From Comamonadaceae bacterium UBA2334 (GTDB lineage: Bacteria; Pseudomonadota; Gammaproteobacteria; Burkholderiales; Burkholderiaceae_C): a stretch of DNA of 64,000 bases. Under the pieces are notes generated by a model that saw only the letters and a list, made by a program, of their open reading frames with translations, was not told the DNA's origin and did not search any database. This document shows positions 36,606 through 46,700 of the stretch, in pieces. Location: positions 65,467-129,466 of the forward strand of contig DDUQ01000142.1 of NCBI GenBank assembly GCA_002344885.1, in the 5' to 3' direction. Every line of letters starts with the position of its first letter. Position 1 is the first letter of the stretch. Position numbers and translations under genes: made by a program.

Positions 36606-38030
36606 ATGAACACACCTCACCGTACCGAGTGGCAGGAGAACGTCACGTTTGATGAATTGGTCGTCGGCCAGAGCAGGCGGTTGTTCCGCACGCTTTCGCT
36701 GGACGACATCAAGGCGTTTGCTGCGGTCTCCGGCGACACCAACCCTGCCCACCTGGACCCTGAATATGCCAACGACACACTCATGCATGGCGTGGTGGCG
36801 CACGGTATGTGGGGCGCGTCGCTCATTTCAGCGTTGCTGGGCACCAAATTCCCTGGTCCGGGCACTATTTACGTGGATCAGATGCTCCACTTTGTGAGGC
36901 CTGTCCGCATCGGTGACACCCTCACCGTGGTGGCGACCGTGCTGTCTAAAGAAGAGCGGAACAAGCACGTCAAGCTCGATTGCCAGGTGTGCAACCAGCG
37001 GGGTGAGCCCGTTTTGCACGGGGTGGCCGAGGTGTTGGCCCCGGTTGAAAAAGTCCGGTTGCAAAGCATCCGTGCGCCGCAGATCCAGCTGTTTGACCCC
37101 GAAGCGCGCTTCAAGACTTTGCTGGCGTTGGGCGAGGGCATCTCGCCGGCGCGGTGCGCGGTGGTGCACCCCTGTGACGACGGGTCGCTCAGCGGGGCCA
37201 TGGATGCCGCACGTTACGGGCTCATCGTGCCGGTGCTGATCGGGCCGCGCAGCCGCATTGAAAAAGTCGCCCAACAGGCTGGCATTGACCTGGCCGGTGC
37301 CGAGTTCCACGATGTCCCCCACAGCCATGCAGCTGCCGAACTGGGTGCCGACATGGCCGCCAAGGGCGATGTCGAAATGATCATGAAGGGCAGCTTGCAC
37401 ACCGACGAGCTGATTCACGCGGTACTGGCCAAGCCCGCTTTGCGCACAGGCAGGCGCATGTCGCATGTGTTCCGCTTCGATGTACCGATGTACGACAAGC
37501 CCTTGCTGATCACCGATGCGGCGCTGAACATCGAGCCGAAGCTGGTCGACAAGGTGAGCATCATCCAGAACGCCATCGATTTTTGCAAAGTGCTGGGTGT
37601 GCAGACGCCCAAGGTGGCCATCCTGTCTGCGGTGGAAACGGTGAACCCGTCGATTCCGTCGACGCTGGACGCCGCCGCACTGTGCAAAATGGCCGATCGG
37701 GGGCAGATCACGGGTGGCTTGCTCGACGGCCCGCTGGCATTTGACAATGCTGTCTCCGTCCGGGCGGCGGAGGTGAAGCACATCAGGTCCCAGGTGGCGG
37801 GTGATGCCGACATCCTGGCCGTGCCTGATCTGGAGTCGGGCAACATGCTGGCCAAACAGCTGGAATATCTGGCCGGTGCCTCGGGCTCAGGCATTGTGTT
37901 GGGTGCCAGGGTGCCCATTGCGCTGACCAGTCGTGCCGATGGCCCGATGAACCGTGTGTCGTCGGCCCTGCTGTCACTGCTGGTGGCGCAGAAGGTTCGC
38001 AGCGAGCGCCTCGGTCGGGTGGCCGGTTGA
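36606..38030 (+). CDS. Bifunctional MaoC-like enoyl-CoA hydratase / phosphate acetyl(butyryl)transferase
   Basis: Within ORF 36525..38030. Hot-dog domain SGDTNPAHLD, followed by a PTA_PTB-like C-terminal half. Confidence 0.85.
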   Translation: MNTPHRTEWQENVTFDELVVGQSRRLFRTLSLDDIKAFAAVSGDTNPAHLDPEYANDTLMHGVVAHGMWGASLISALLGTKFPGPGTIYVDQMLHFVRPVRIGDTLTVVATVLSKEERNKHVKLDCQVCNQRGEPVLHGVAEVLAPVEKVRLQSIRAPQIQLFDPEARFKTLLALGEGISPARCAVVHPCDDGSLSGAMDAARYGLIVPVLIGPRSRIEKVAQQAGIDLAGAEFHDVPHSHAAAELGADMAAKGDVEMIMKGSLHTDELIHAVLAKPALRTGRRMSHVFRFDVPMYDKPLLITDAALNIEPKLVDKVSIIQNAIDFCKVLGVQTPKVAILSAVETVNPSIPSTLDAAALCKMADRGQITGGLLDGPLAFDNAVSVRAAEVKHIRSQVAGDADILAVPDLESGNMLAKQLEYLAGASGSGIVLGARVPIALTSRADGPMNRVSSALLSLLVAQKVRSERLGRVAG

Positions 38031-39215
38031 TCAGCTGATCAGCTGATCCGGAATGGTGATGTTGACATCGGCATTGGCGCACAGGCGGCCCCGCCCGTGT
38101 GCTTTGGCCTGGTACATGCCGGCATCGGCTTGCATGAGGGCTTTTTTGAGCGCGTCTGCGTGGGCCACATCGCAGAACGCCAATCCTGAACTGAAGTTCA
38201 GTGTGATGCCCATTTGCTGACTGGTCACGGTTTGGTACATCTTGCGCAGGCGCTCGTCCAGGGCAGTGGCTGTGGCTTCGTTCACGCGGGGCAACAGCAG
38301 CGCAAACTCTTCTCCACCCAGTCGGCCGCACACATCGCTTTCTCGCATGGTCGAGGTCATGCATTGGCCCAGCAGCATGAGGGCGCGGTCGCCGGCTTCG
38401 TGGCCGTACCGGTCATTGACCTGCTTGAAGTGATCCAGGTCCAGCATCAGCACGCCGACACTGTGCTGGTGCCTGCGGGCCTGGGCAACCATCATGTCGG
38501 CATACTTGATCCAGCCCCTGCGGTTGAGCAGGCCGGTCAGCGGGTCGGTGTGGGCCTGGCGCTCCAGTTGCATTTCCACTTCCCTCCGCCACGCAACCAG
38601 CACCGCCACCGTCGACAGCACCAGGCTCATGTTGGCCGCTGTCTGGGCTGCCACGTTGATGGGGTGGGGTGTGGCGAAGGTGGGGTACAACTCGGTGAAC
38701 CAACCACCCAGAATGCCACGCCCCAGCGTCAGCACGGCCATCGGGGCATAGCAAAGGGCCAGCAGCACGCGCCAGCCCTTTTCTTCAGTCTGGGGTGATG
38801 TCCACAACACTGCCACGGCCACGATGGCAAACTGCACGGCCAGCAGGATGTTGGCCCAGCCCACACGAACAGGGTAGCTTTGGAAGCTGATGGCATAGCC
38901 CAGCGGCATCAGGATGCACAGGGCGTACAACAGGCGTTTGCCGGGGCGTGGCCCCAGCCAACCTTCAAGTGCCTTGAACATCAGTAGGTTGGCAAGCGAC
39001 CCGCATGTGATGGCCACGACTGACAGCGGCATTTCCCAGATGAATTCGGCCGCGACGATGGTGGTCCAGCCTCCCGCCTGAGCGATCAGGCTACCCCGTG
39101 CGGCGCGTGCCGCCGGGCTCAGCTCCCGGCCCATGACCAGGCTCATGGCACCTGCCACCGCAAACAGCGTCAAGGCGGTGAGGCTGAGGATGGTCTTGAT
39201 GTCCAGCAAGGGCAT
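38031..39215 (-). CDS. Membrane-anchored diguanylate cyclase (multi-TM N-terminus plus GGDEF)
   Basis: ORF 38031..39251. GGEEF with I-site RESD. ATG at 39215 gives MPLLDIKTILSL. The alternative TTG at 39251 would overlap amn. Confidence 0.85.
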   Translation of the reverse strand: MPLLDIKTILSLTALTLFAVAGAMSLVMGRELSPAARAARGSLIAQAGGWTTIVAAEFIWEMPLSVVAITCGSLANLLMFKALEGWLGPRPGKRLLYALCILMPLGYAISFQSYPVRVGWANILLAVQFAIVAVAVLWTSPQTEEKGWRVLLALCYAPMAVLTLGRGILGGWFTELYPTFATPHPINVAAQTAANMSLVLSTVAVLVAWRREVEMQLERQAHTDPLTGLLNRRGWIKYADMMVAQARRHQHSVGVLMLDLDHFKQVNDRYGHEAGDRALMLLGQCMTSTMRESDVCGRLGGEEFALLLPRVNEATATALDERLRKMYQTVTSQQMGITLNFSSGLAFCDVAHADALKKALMQADAGMYQAKAHGRGRLCANADVNITIPDQLIS

Positions 39216-39237
39216 GCTGCCAGTTTCGCTCAATGTG

Positions 39238-40767
39238 TCACTGGAATGCAACTTCGGCGAAGCTGCGCAGCTTGCGGCTGTGGAGCTGCTCGATCCCCTG
39301 TTTGCGCAGCAGCTCGACGGCCCGGATGCCGATGCGCAAGTGCTGATCCACCCGTTCGCGGTAGAAGTGGTTGGCCATGCCCGGCAGCTTGATTTCGCCG
39401 TGCAAGGGTTTGTCGCTCACACACAGCAAGGTACCGTAGGGCACGCGAAAGCGGAAACCGTTGGCTGCAATGGTGGCACTTTCCATGTCCAGCGCCACGG
39501 CACGGCTCTGGCTGAGGCGCCGCTGTGGGGTGGTGGGCACGTTGCGGGTCGGCAACAGCTCCCAGTTGCGGTTGTCGGTGCTGGCCACGGTCCCGGTGCG
39601 CATGAAGCTCTTGAGCTGGTGGCCTGCCACACCCGTCACGTCGGCCACGGCTGCTTCCAGTGCCTGTTGTACCTCGGCCAGGGCTGGGATGGGCACCCAC
39701 AGGGGCAGCTCTTCGTCAAGCACGTGGTCCTCGCGCACGTAGGCGTGGGCCAGCACGTAGTCTCCCAACTGCTGGCTGTTGCGCAGGCCGGCGCAGTGGC
39801 CCAGCATCAACCAGGCGTGCGGACGCAGCACGGCGATGTGGTCGGTGATGGTTTTGGCGTTGCTGGGGCCCACACCAATGTTGACCATCGTGATGCCGCT
39901 GCGGTCCGACCTCAGCAGGTGGTATGCCGGCATCTGTGGCAGCCGGGGTGGCTCCTGGCCCCATGCGTCGATGGCTTCGGCGGGCAAACCGATGCGCCGG
40001 GTGACCAGGTTGCCGGGTTCGACGAATGCGATGTAGTCGCTGTCCGGCCGGGCCATTTCGGCATGTCCAAGGCGAATGAACTCATCGATGTAAAACTGAT
40101 AGTTGGTGAACAGCACAAAGTGCTGGAACCATTCGGGAGCCGTACCGGTGTAGTGGCGCAGGCGTTGCAGCGAGTAGTCGATGCGCGGTGCAGTGAACAG
40201 CGACAGGGGTTGTGGCTCGCCGGGTGCGGGCTCGTGAGAGCCGTTGGCGATGCCGTCATCCATGACGCCGAGGTCGGGCAGATCGAACACATCCCTCATG
40301 CGCGCACGGCGTTCGGGCGGCAGGTTCCCCTCGACATGGTCGTGCTCGGCGAACGAAAAATGTATCGGAATGGGCTGGCTGCTGGTGGCGATTTCCAGTT
40401 CGCCACCGTGGTTGTGCAGCAGCAATTCGAACTGGCGGAGCAGGTAGTCGCCATACAGGTCGGGGCGGGTCAGGGTCGTTTCATAGCGGCCTGCACCAGC
40501 CACAAAACCATAGCTTAAACGCCCCGAAATGATGGCGTCAGTGGCGCTTTCAGTGGTGAGGTTGGATTGGGCGTGAAACCTGACCAGCGGGTAGTGTGCC
40601 CGCACCCGGTGGCGATCCGTCCCGGCATCGTCTCTGACGTAAGCCTGCAAACCTTCCCGCAAGTGATCGATGCCTTGCTGGTAAATGGCCCGGACTTGTG
40701 CCAGTGCGCTGGCCGCATCGGTGTGCCGGGTCGGTGCTGTAAATGGCGGCAGGTGCAGCATGTTCAT
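39238..40767 (-). CDS. amn: AMP nucleosidase
   Basis: 509-aa ORF with N-terminal Amn domain and a PNP/UDP-phosphorylase-like C-terminal half (MLGHCAGLRNSQQLGDYVLAHAYVRED). Confidence 0.85.
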   Translation of the reverse strand: MNMLHLPPFTAPTRHTDAASALAQVRAIYQQGIDHLREGLQAYVRDDAGTDRHRVRAHYPLVRFHAQSNLTTESATDAIISGRLSYGFVAGAGRYETTLTRPDLYGDYLLRQFELLLHNHGGELEIATSSQPIPIHFSFAEHDHVEGNLPPERRARMRDVFDLPDLGVMDDGIANGSHEPAPGEPQPLSLFTAPRIDYSLQRLRHYTGTAPEWFQHFVLFTNYQFYIDEFIRLGHAEMARPDSDYIAFVEPGNLVTRRIGLPAEAIDAWGQEPPRLPQMPAYHLLRSDRSGITMVNIGVGPSNAKTITDHIAVLRPHAWLMLGHCAGLRNSQQLGDYVLAHAYVREDHVLDEELPLWVPIPALAEVQQALEAAVADVTGVAGHQLKSFMRTGTVASTDNRNWELLPTRNVPTTPQRRLSQSRAVALDMESATIAANGFRFRVPYGTLLCVSDKPLHGEIKLPGMANHFYRERVDQHLRIGIRAVELLRKQGIEQLHSRKLRSFAEVAFQ

Positions 40768-40798
40768 CGGCAGGGTGGCCTGGTTGGGTTGGGCCGGC

Positions 40799-42205
40799 TC
40801 AGTTGGGTTTGACCGGGTCGCGCATGGTCACAAACTCTTCGGCAGCGGTGGGGTGTATGCCCAATGTGCTGTCGAAAACGGCTTTTGTGGCACCGGCTTT
40901 CATGGCCACGGCGAAACCCTGGACGATTTCTCCGGCTTCAGCGCCCACCATGTGCAAGCCCACGACGCGGTCGGTGGCGGTGTCGACGAGCAGTTTCATC
41001 AGTGTGCGTTCGGTGCTGCCACTGAGCGTGTGTTTCAGTGACCGGAACTCGGACCGGAAAACGGTCACGTGCCCGAACTGCTCGCGCGCCTGCGCTTCCG
41101 TCAAGCCGACGGTGCCCACGTTGGGGTGGGTGAACACGGCCGTGGGGATGCAGTCATAGGCCATCTGCCGGTGCGGTTTGCCGGCCGCCGGGCCGAAGAG
41201 ATGGTCCACGACCACCATGGCTTCGCCCAACGCGACCGGTGTGAGCTGTACTCGCGCAGTCACATCGCCCACCGCAAACACGTGGGGCAGGTTGGTCTGA
41301 TATTGGTCGTTTACCAATACTGCGCCCTGCGCCCCCTGTGCCACACCGGTTGCCGAAAGCCCCAGACCGTCGACATTCGGCACGCGGCCGGTGGCGTACA
41401 AGACGGTGTCGGCCACCAGGGCGTTGCCGTCCTCCAGCTTGACGTGCAGACCATCTGGCTGTCGCTCGACAGCCAGTACACCCGCTTGCAGACGCAGATC
41501 CACGCCTGCCTTGGTCATTTCGTTGGCCAGGAAGTGCCTCACCTCCTGATCGAAGCCACGCAGGATCTGCTCGCCCCGGTACAACTGTGTGACTTTTGCC
41601 CCCAGACCGTTGAAGATGGAGGCAAATTCGCAGGCGATGTAGCCGCCGCCCACCACCACCAGACGTTGCGGAAAGGCGGGCAGGTCGAACATGTCGTCCG
41701 ACGTGACCACATGCTCCCTTCCCTGAAAATGCGGCACATGTGCCCGGCCGCCCGTCGCAAGCAGGATGTGGCGCGCCGTGACTTGCTGGTGGCCCGTGCT
41801 GCCGTCCGCATTCAGAATGGACAGTCCGATGGTGTGCCCACCTTGCAGGCTGGCAAATGCGTTGAAGACGGTCACGCCGGAACCACGCAGCAAATTGCTG
41901 TAAACCCCGTTCAGCCGGGTGATTTCTGCCGCGCGGTTGGTTTTGAGGGTCTGCCAGTTCAGAGCAGGGGGCGCGCCTTCCCAGCCGTAGCCTGCTGCTT
42001 CGTGCGCGGCCTCGGCATAGTGGGCAGCGTAGCTGTACAGTTTTTTGGGAATGCAACCCACGTTCACGCAGGTGCCGCCCAGACCTTCGGTGCCCTGTGC
42101 TTCGGCAAGTGCGACACGCACACCCCTTTGGGCGGCCATGCGGGCAGCGCGGACGCCACCGCTGCCACCGCCGATGACAAACAGGTCGAAATCAAAGGGG
42201 TTCAT
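40799..42205 (-). CDS. gor: Glutathione-disulfide reductase
   Basis: FVIGGGSGG and redox-active GGTCVNVGCIPKK. C-terminal HPTAAEE. Confidence 0.9.
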   Translation of the reverse strand: MNPFDFDLFVIGGGSGGVRAARMAAQRGVRVALAEAQGTEGLGGTCVNVGCIPKKLYSYAAHYAEAAHEAAGYGWEGAPPALNWQTLKTNRAAEITRLNGVYSNLLRGSGVTVFNAFASLQGGHTIGLSILNADGSTGHQQVTARHILLATGGRAHVPHFQGREHVVTSDDMFDLPAFPQRLVVVGGGYIACEFASIFNGLGAKVTQLYRGEQILRGFDQEVRHFLANEMTKAGVDLRLQAGVLAVERQPDGLHVKLEDGNALVADTVLYATGRVPNVDGLGLSATGVAQGAQGAVLVNDQYQTNLPHVFAVGDVTARVQLTPVALGEAMVVVDHLFGPAAGKPHRQMAYDCIPTAVFTHPNVGTVGLTEAQAREQFGHVTVFRSEFRSLKHTLSGSTERTLMKLLVDTATDRVVGLHMVGAEAGEIVQGFAVAMKAGATKAVFDSTLGIHPTAAEEFVTMRDPVKPN

Positions 42206-42250
42206 GGCTGCTCGTGAGTATGGGGCGTTTGGAGCCAGTTGTGCGCACGT

Positions 42251-42302
42251 GATGAATGAAAAAATACCACTTTGCGCTTTTACTGTATAGGTTTTCAGCT
42301 AC
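42251..42302 (-). repeat. AT-rich element copy G, upstream of gor
   Basis: Reverse complement reads GTAGCTGAAAACCTATACAGTAAAAGCGCAAAGTGGTATTTTTTCATTCATC. 18-nt spacer. Confidence 0.65.
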
Positions 42303-42317
42303 GAAAATACGCTGATA

Positions 42318-42337
42318 CCCCGGCCTTGCGGCCGGGG
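42318..42337 (-). terminator. GC-rich hairpin after hbd (CCCCGGCC-TTGC-GGCCGGGG); weak T tract
   Basis: Perfect 8-bp stem read directly. Followed on the minus strand by TATCAGCGTATTTTCG. Confidence 0.4.
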
Positions 42338-42350
42338 TAGGTGGCTCGCG

Positions 42351-43208
42351 TCAGTAGGTGTAAACGCCTTTGCCAGTCTTGCGGCCCAGGAAGCCTGCTG
42401 CCACCATTTCCTTCAGCAAAGGGCAGGGGCGGTATTTGCTGTCGGCGAATTCTTCAAAGTACACGTTCATGACGGCCAGGCACACGTCCAGGCCGACCAT
42501 GTCCGCCAGGGCCAATGGCCCGATAGGGTGGTTGCAGCCCAGTTTCATGCCCGCGTCGATGTCTTCCGGGGTGGACAGGCCTTCAGCCAGCACAAAAAAC
42601 GCTTCGTTGATCATGGGCACCAGGATCCGGTTGACCACAAAGCCAGGAGCGTTCTTGACGGTGATGGGAGACTTGCCCAGGCGCTCGGCCATGGCCTTGA
42701 CGGCATCGTGTGTGGCATCGCTGGTCTGCAGGCCACGGATGATTTCCACCAGCGCCATCATGGGCACGGGGTTGAAAAAATGCATGCCGATGAACCTGTC
42801 GGCCCGCTTCGTGACGGCAGCCAGCTTGGTGATGGAAATGCTCGAGGTGTTGGTGGCCAGGATGGCATGCTCTGCCATCAGACCATCGAGTTGCTGCAGG
42901 ATCTTGACCTTGAGCGCTTCGTTTTCGGTGGCGGCTTCGATGATCAGGTCGGCAGACTTCAGGTCGTCGTACGAGGTGCTGCCCTGTATGAGCGCCAGTG
43001 CGGCCGCTTTGTCGTCGGCGGTGATTTTTTCTTTCTTGACGAGGCGGTCCAGGCTGCCGGAAACCGTGGCGATGCCCTTGGCCACGGCGGCTTCACTGAT
43101 GTCGACCATGACAACCTTCAGGCCCTTGACGGCGCATGCTTGCGCAATGCCGTTGCCCATGGTGCCTGCGCCGACGATACCGATGACTTCAATGGTTTGT
43201 GTGCTCAT
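42351..43208 (-). CDS. hbd: 3-hydroxybutyryl-CoA / 3-hydroxyacyl-CoA dehydrogenase
   Basis: Within ORF 42351..43433. IGIVGAGTMGNGIAQ Rossmann motif. NAPGFVVNRIL. Confidence 0.9.
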   Translation of the reverse strand: MSTQTIEVIGIVGAGTMGNGIAQACAVKGLKVVMVDISEAAVAKGIATVSGSLDRLVKKEKITADDKAAALALIQGSTSYDDLKSADLIIEAATENEALKVKILQQLDGLMAEHAILATNTSSISITKLAAVTKRADRFIGMHFFNPVPMMALVEIIRGLQTSDATHDAVKAMAERLGKSPITVKNAPGFVVNRILVPMINEAFFVLAEGLSTPEDIDAGMKLGCNHPIGPLALADMVGLDVCLAVMNVYFEEFADSKYRPCPLLKEMVAAGFLGRKTGKGVYTY

Positions 43209-43339
43209 GATTGCTCCTGTTGGATGAGTGACGGGACGGGTGGGATCACCTGTGCAACCCACAATGGTAGCTTCAGCAGAGGTTGGAAATATGGCGATAC
43301 CATTTCGGACCTTCAACAGGACACGATGGAGCCGCCAAC

Positions 43340-43642
43340 ATGATTCTCGAAATTGCCGATTTGCGCGTGGATGCCCAGCGGGCAGCTGAATTTGAGGCCG
43401 CCTTGCGCAAGGGGGTCGAGACCGTGATCGCACATTCGAAGGGCTTTGAGGGCTACAAGCTGAACCGCAGCATCGAGTCGCCGGGTCGGTATGTGCTCAT
43501 GATCTTCTGGCAGACCTTGGAAGACCACACGGTCGGTTTCAGGGGCAGCGACGCTTTCACCGCGTGGCGGGCCATCGTCGGGCCTTTTTTTCTTGCGCCC
43601 CCAGTGGTTGAGCACTTTGAATTGGTGGGCAAAACAGCTTGA
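43340..43642 (+). CDS. Antibiotic-biosynthesis-monooxygenase (ABM) domain protein
   Basis: Within ORF 43283..43642. 100-aa ferredoxin-like fold pattern (MILEIADLRV ... YVLMIFWQTLEDH). Confidence 0.65.
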   Translation: MILEIADLRVDAQRAAEFEAALRKGVETVIAHSKGFEGYKLNRSIESPGRYVLMIFWQTLEDHTVGFRGSDAFTAWRAIVGPFFLAPPVVEHFELVGKTA

Positions 43643-43783
43643 TGTAAGGGGCGAAGCGTGTAATGGCTTGCCTGAAAGGCTACCAAGACACTCTGGTTAA
43701 CCGGGGTGCGTCTCAGGGTTTACTACAATTCACAGGTTGACCATCGGGGTCGTCCATCCGAATCTAGTCCAAGAAAGATCTAC

Positions 43784-44380
43784 ATGAGCGAAGCAAGCGT
43801 AGACAACAGCCGACGCAACTGGCTGATTACATCGTGTGCTGTCGGGGGTGCCGGGGCTGCGGCCGTAGCGGTGCCTTTCGTCAGTTCTTTTGCGCCGTCC
43901 GAGCGAGCCAAGGCTGCCGGTGCTTCTGTGGAAGTGGATATCTCCGATATCGCGCCGGGTCAGAAGGTCACTGTCGAGTGGCGCGGCAAGCCCGTCTGGA
44001 TTCTGCGTCGCACGCCCGAGCAGGTGGCCAGTCTGGCCAAGACCGAGGGTGACGTGGTTGATCCCAAATCAGAGCGCAAGGCCTACCCGACGCCTGCCTA
44101 TGCACAGAACCAGCACCGCTCGATCAAGCCCGAGTATTTCGTGGGCATCGGCATTTGCACCCACCTAGGGTGCTCGCCTGGTGACAAACTGACAGCAGGT
44201 CCACAGCCCTCTTTGCCCGATAACTGGCAAGGCGGCTTCCTGTGTGCTTGCCATGGTTCGACCTTCGACGTGGCGGGGCGTGTGTTCAAGAACAAGCCCG
44301 CACCAGACAATTTGGAAGTTCCGCCACACATGTACCTGTCGGACACCAAGCTGTTGATTGGTGAAGACAAAAAAGCGTGA
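43784..44380 (+). CDS. petA: Ubiquinol-cytochrome c reductase Rieske iron-sulfur subunit
   Basis: Within ORF 43706..44380. Tat-like RRNWL. CTHLGC and CACHGS Rieske boxes. Confidence 0.93.
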   Translation: MSEASVDNSRRNWLITSCAVGGAGAAAVAVPFVSSFAPSERAKAAGASVEVDISDIAPGQKVTVEWRGKPVWILRRTPEQVASLAKTEGDVVDPKSERKAYPTPAYAQNQHRSIKPEYFVGIGICTHLGCSPGDKLTAGPQPSLPDNWQGGFLCACHGSTFDVAGRVFKNKPAPDNLEVPPHMYLSDTKLLIGEDKKA

Positions 44381-44420
44381 TCTGAGCGATCTTCAGAAGA
44401 CAAGCTAAACAAGGGTCATC

Positions 44421-45833
44421 ATGGCTGCATTCAAAGAAGTTCCCGCCGACGCACCTGCCGGCGAAAAGCTGTTGAACTGGGTTGACAACCGGTTCCCGCT
44501 CTCCAAGCTCTACAAAGAGCATCTGTCCGAGTACTACGCACCGAAGAACTTCAACTTCTGGTATTTCTTCGGTTCGCTGGCATTGTTGGTGCTGGTCATC
44601 CAGATCGTCACCGGTATTTTCCTGGTGATGCACTACAAACCAGACGCCAACGTGGCGTTTGCGTCTGTCGAGTACATCATGCGTGATGTGCCATGGGGCT
44701 GGTTGATCCGTTACATGCACTCCACAGGTGCATCGGCATTTTTTGTCGTGGTGTACCTGCACATGTACCGTGGCCTGATCTACGGCAGCTACCGCAAGCC
44801 CCGTGAACTGGTCTGGATCTTCGGTTGCGCCATCTTCCTGGTGCTGATGGCCGAAGCATTCATGGGTTACCTGTTGCCCTGGGGCCAGATGAGCTACTGG
44901 GGTGCCCAGGTGATTGTCAACCTGTTCTCAGCCATTCCCCTGATCGGCCCTGATCTGGCCATCCTGATCCGTGGTGACTTTGTGGTGGGTGATGCCACCC
45001 TCAACCGCTTCTTCTCATTCCACGTGATTGCGGTGCCGCTGGTGCTGTTGGGTCTGGTGGTTGCGCACATCATTGCCCTGCACGAAGTGGGCTCCAACAA
45101 CCCGGACGGCGTGGAGATCAAGGCGGGGCCGAAAGGGAACCAGTGGTCTTCCACTGCGCCGGCAGACGGCATTCCTTTCCACCCCTACTACAGCGTGCAC
45201 GACCTGCTGGGTGTATCGGTGTTCCTGATGGCTTTCTCTGCCATTGTGTTCTTCGCACCTGAACTCGGCGGTTACTTCCTCGAATACAACAACTTTATTC
45301 CGGCCGACCCGCTGAAGACGCCGTTGCACATTGCACCCGTCTGGTACTTCACACCTTACTACTCCATGCTGCGTGCGGTGACCAGCCAGTTCATGTACGT
45401 GTTGGTTGCAGTGGTGCTGTTGGGTGCTGTGCTGGGCGTCACCAAGTTCAAGATGCCTGCGCCCTTGAAGGTGGGCGTTTTGGGTGCTGCAGTGGTGGCA
45501 GTTGCGCTGATGCTGTCCATCGATGCCAAATTCTGGGGTGTGGTGGTCATGGGTGGCGCTGTCATCATCATGTTCTTCCTGCCGTGGCTGGACTACAGCG
45601 AGGCCAAGTCCATTCGCTATCGCCCCAGCTGGAACAAATGGCTGTACGCCGTGTTTGTGATCAACTTCTTCGTGTTGGGTTATTTGGGCGTCAAGCCGCC
45701 GAGCCCCACAGGTGAACTGGTTTCCCAGGTGGGCACACTGTTCTACTTTGGCTTCTTCCTGCTGATGCCTTGGTGGAGCCGCATTGGCAAGTGCAAGCCA
45801 GTGCCCGCACGTGTCACGTTTGCAGCCCACTGA
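44421..45833 (+). CDS. petB: Cytochrome b
   Basis: 470-aa polytopic ORF. NFNFWYFFGSLALLVLVIQIVTGIFL. Between petA and petC. Confidence 0.93.
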   Translation: MAAFKEVPADAPAGEKLLNWVDNRFPLSKLYKEHLSEYYAPKNFNFWYFFGSLALLVLVIQIVTGIFLVMHYKPDANVAFASVEYIMRDVPWGWLIRYMHSTGASAFFVVVYLHMYRGLIYGSYRKPRELVWIFGCAIFLVLMAEAFMGYLLPWGQMSYWGAQVIVNLFSAIPLIGPDLAILIRGDFVVGDATLNRFFSFHVIAVPLVLLGLVVAHIIALHEVGSNNPDGVEIKAGPKGNQWSSTAPADGIPFHPYYSVHDLLGVSVFLMAFSAIVFFAPELGGYFLEYNNFIPADPLKTPLHIAPVWYFTPYYSMLRAVTSQFMYVLVAVVLLGAVLGVTKFKMPAPLKVGVLGAAVVAVALMLSIDAKFWGVVVMGGAVIIMFFLPWLDYSEAKSIRYRPSWNKWLYAVFVINFFVLGYLGVKPPSPTGELVSQVGTLFYFGFFLLMPWWSRIGKCKPVPARVTFAAH

Positions 45834-45853
45834 AAGCGATGTGGAGTAACCTC

Positions 45854-46609
45854 ATGAAAAGAATCATCACAGCAATCAGTCTGGTCTTTGCATTGGTCGG
45901 TGGTGCGCAAGCTGCTGGCGGCGATGTCCAACTCGACAAAGCGCCTGACCGTTCCCATGACATGGCTGCGTTGCAAAACGGTGCAAAACTGTTTGTCAAC
46001 TACTGTGTCAGCTGCCACTCCGCTGGCTTTATGCGGTACAACCGCATGCGCGATTTGGGTTTGACCGAGGCACAGATCAAAGAGAACCTCATGTTCACCA
46101 CTGACAAGGTGGGTGATGTCATGAAGGCAGCGATCAATCCCCTTCAAGCAAAAGAGTGGTTCGGTGCCAATCCGCCCGACCTGACATTGGTCGCTCGCTC
46201 ACGCGCAAGCCACAGCGGCACGGGTGCAGACTACCTCTACACCTACATGCGGACCTACTACCGCGATGAAACCAAGCCGACTGGCTGGAACAACCTGGCG
46301 TTTCCGAGCGTTGGTATGCCGCACGTCTTGTGGGAACTTCAAGGTGAGCGCCGTCCTATTTTGGAAACGACCAAAGTCAATGGTCAGGAAGTTCAGACCC
46401 TGAAGGGCTGGGAACAAGTCAAGCCCGGTACGATGTCCCCTGCCGAATACGACCAGGCCATTGGCGACTTGGTGGGTTTCATGCAGTGGATGGCTGAGCC
46501 CGTTCAAAATACCCGCAAGCAGTTGGGTATGTGGGTATTGGCATTCCTGGCCGTTTTCACCGTCATCGCCTGGAAGCTGAACGCAGCTTATTGGAAAGAC
46601 GTGAAGTAA
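45854..46609 (+). CDS. petC: Cytochrome c1
   Basis: Within ORF 45770..46609. Signal peptide MKRIITAISLVFALVGGAQA. CVSCHS heme motif. C-terminal TM anchor. Confidence 0.9.
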   Translation: MKRIITAISLVFALVGGAQAAGGDVQLDKAPDRSHDMAALQNGAKLFVNYCVSCHSAGFMRYNRMRDLGLTEAQIKENLMFTTDKVGDVMKAAINPLQAKEWFGANPPDLTLVARSRASHSGTGADYLYTYMRTYYRDETKPTGWNNLAFPSVGMPHVLWELQGERRPILETTKVNGQEVQTLKGWEQVKPGTMSPAEYDQAIGDLVGFMQWMAEPVQNTRKQLGMWVLAFLAVFTVIAWKLNAAYWKDVK

Positions 46610-46645
46610 GATTTGTCAGGTGCCTTCAGGCATCTGGCCCCAAAC

Positions 46646-46684
46646 AGTGGCGTTGCGGGTTTACCGCGTCGCCACTTTTTTTCT
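46646..46684 (+). terminator. Rho-independent terminator after petC
   Basis: AGTGGCG..GCGG-GTTTA-CCGC..CGCCACT followed by T8. Confidence 0.8.
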
Positions 46685-46700
46685 TTGAGGATTCATAGAC

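Noticed and set aside
38028-38048. The tandem GATCAGCT repeat as a possible CRISPR-like or variable-number repeat.
   Set aside because: It has only 2.5 copies of an 8-mer with no spacers, and it forms the last codons of two genes.
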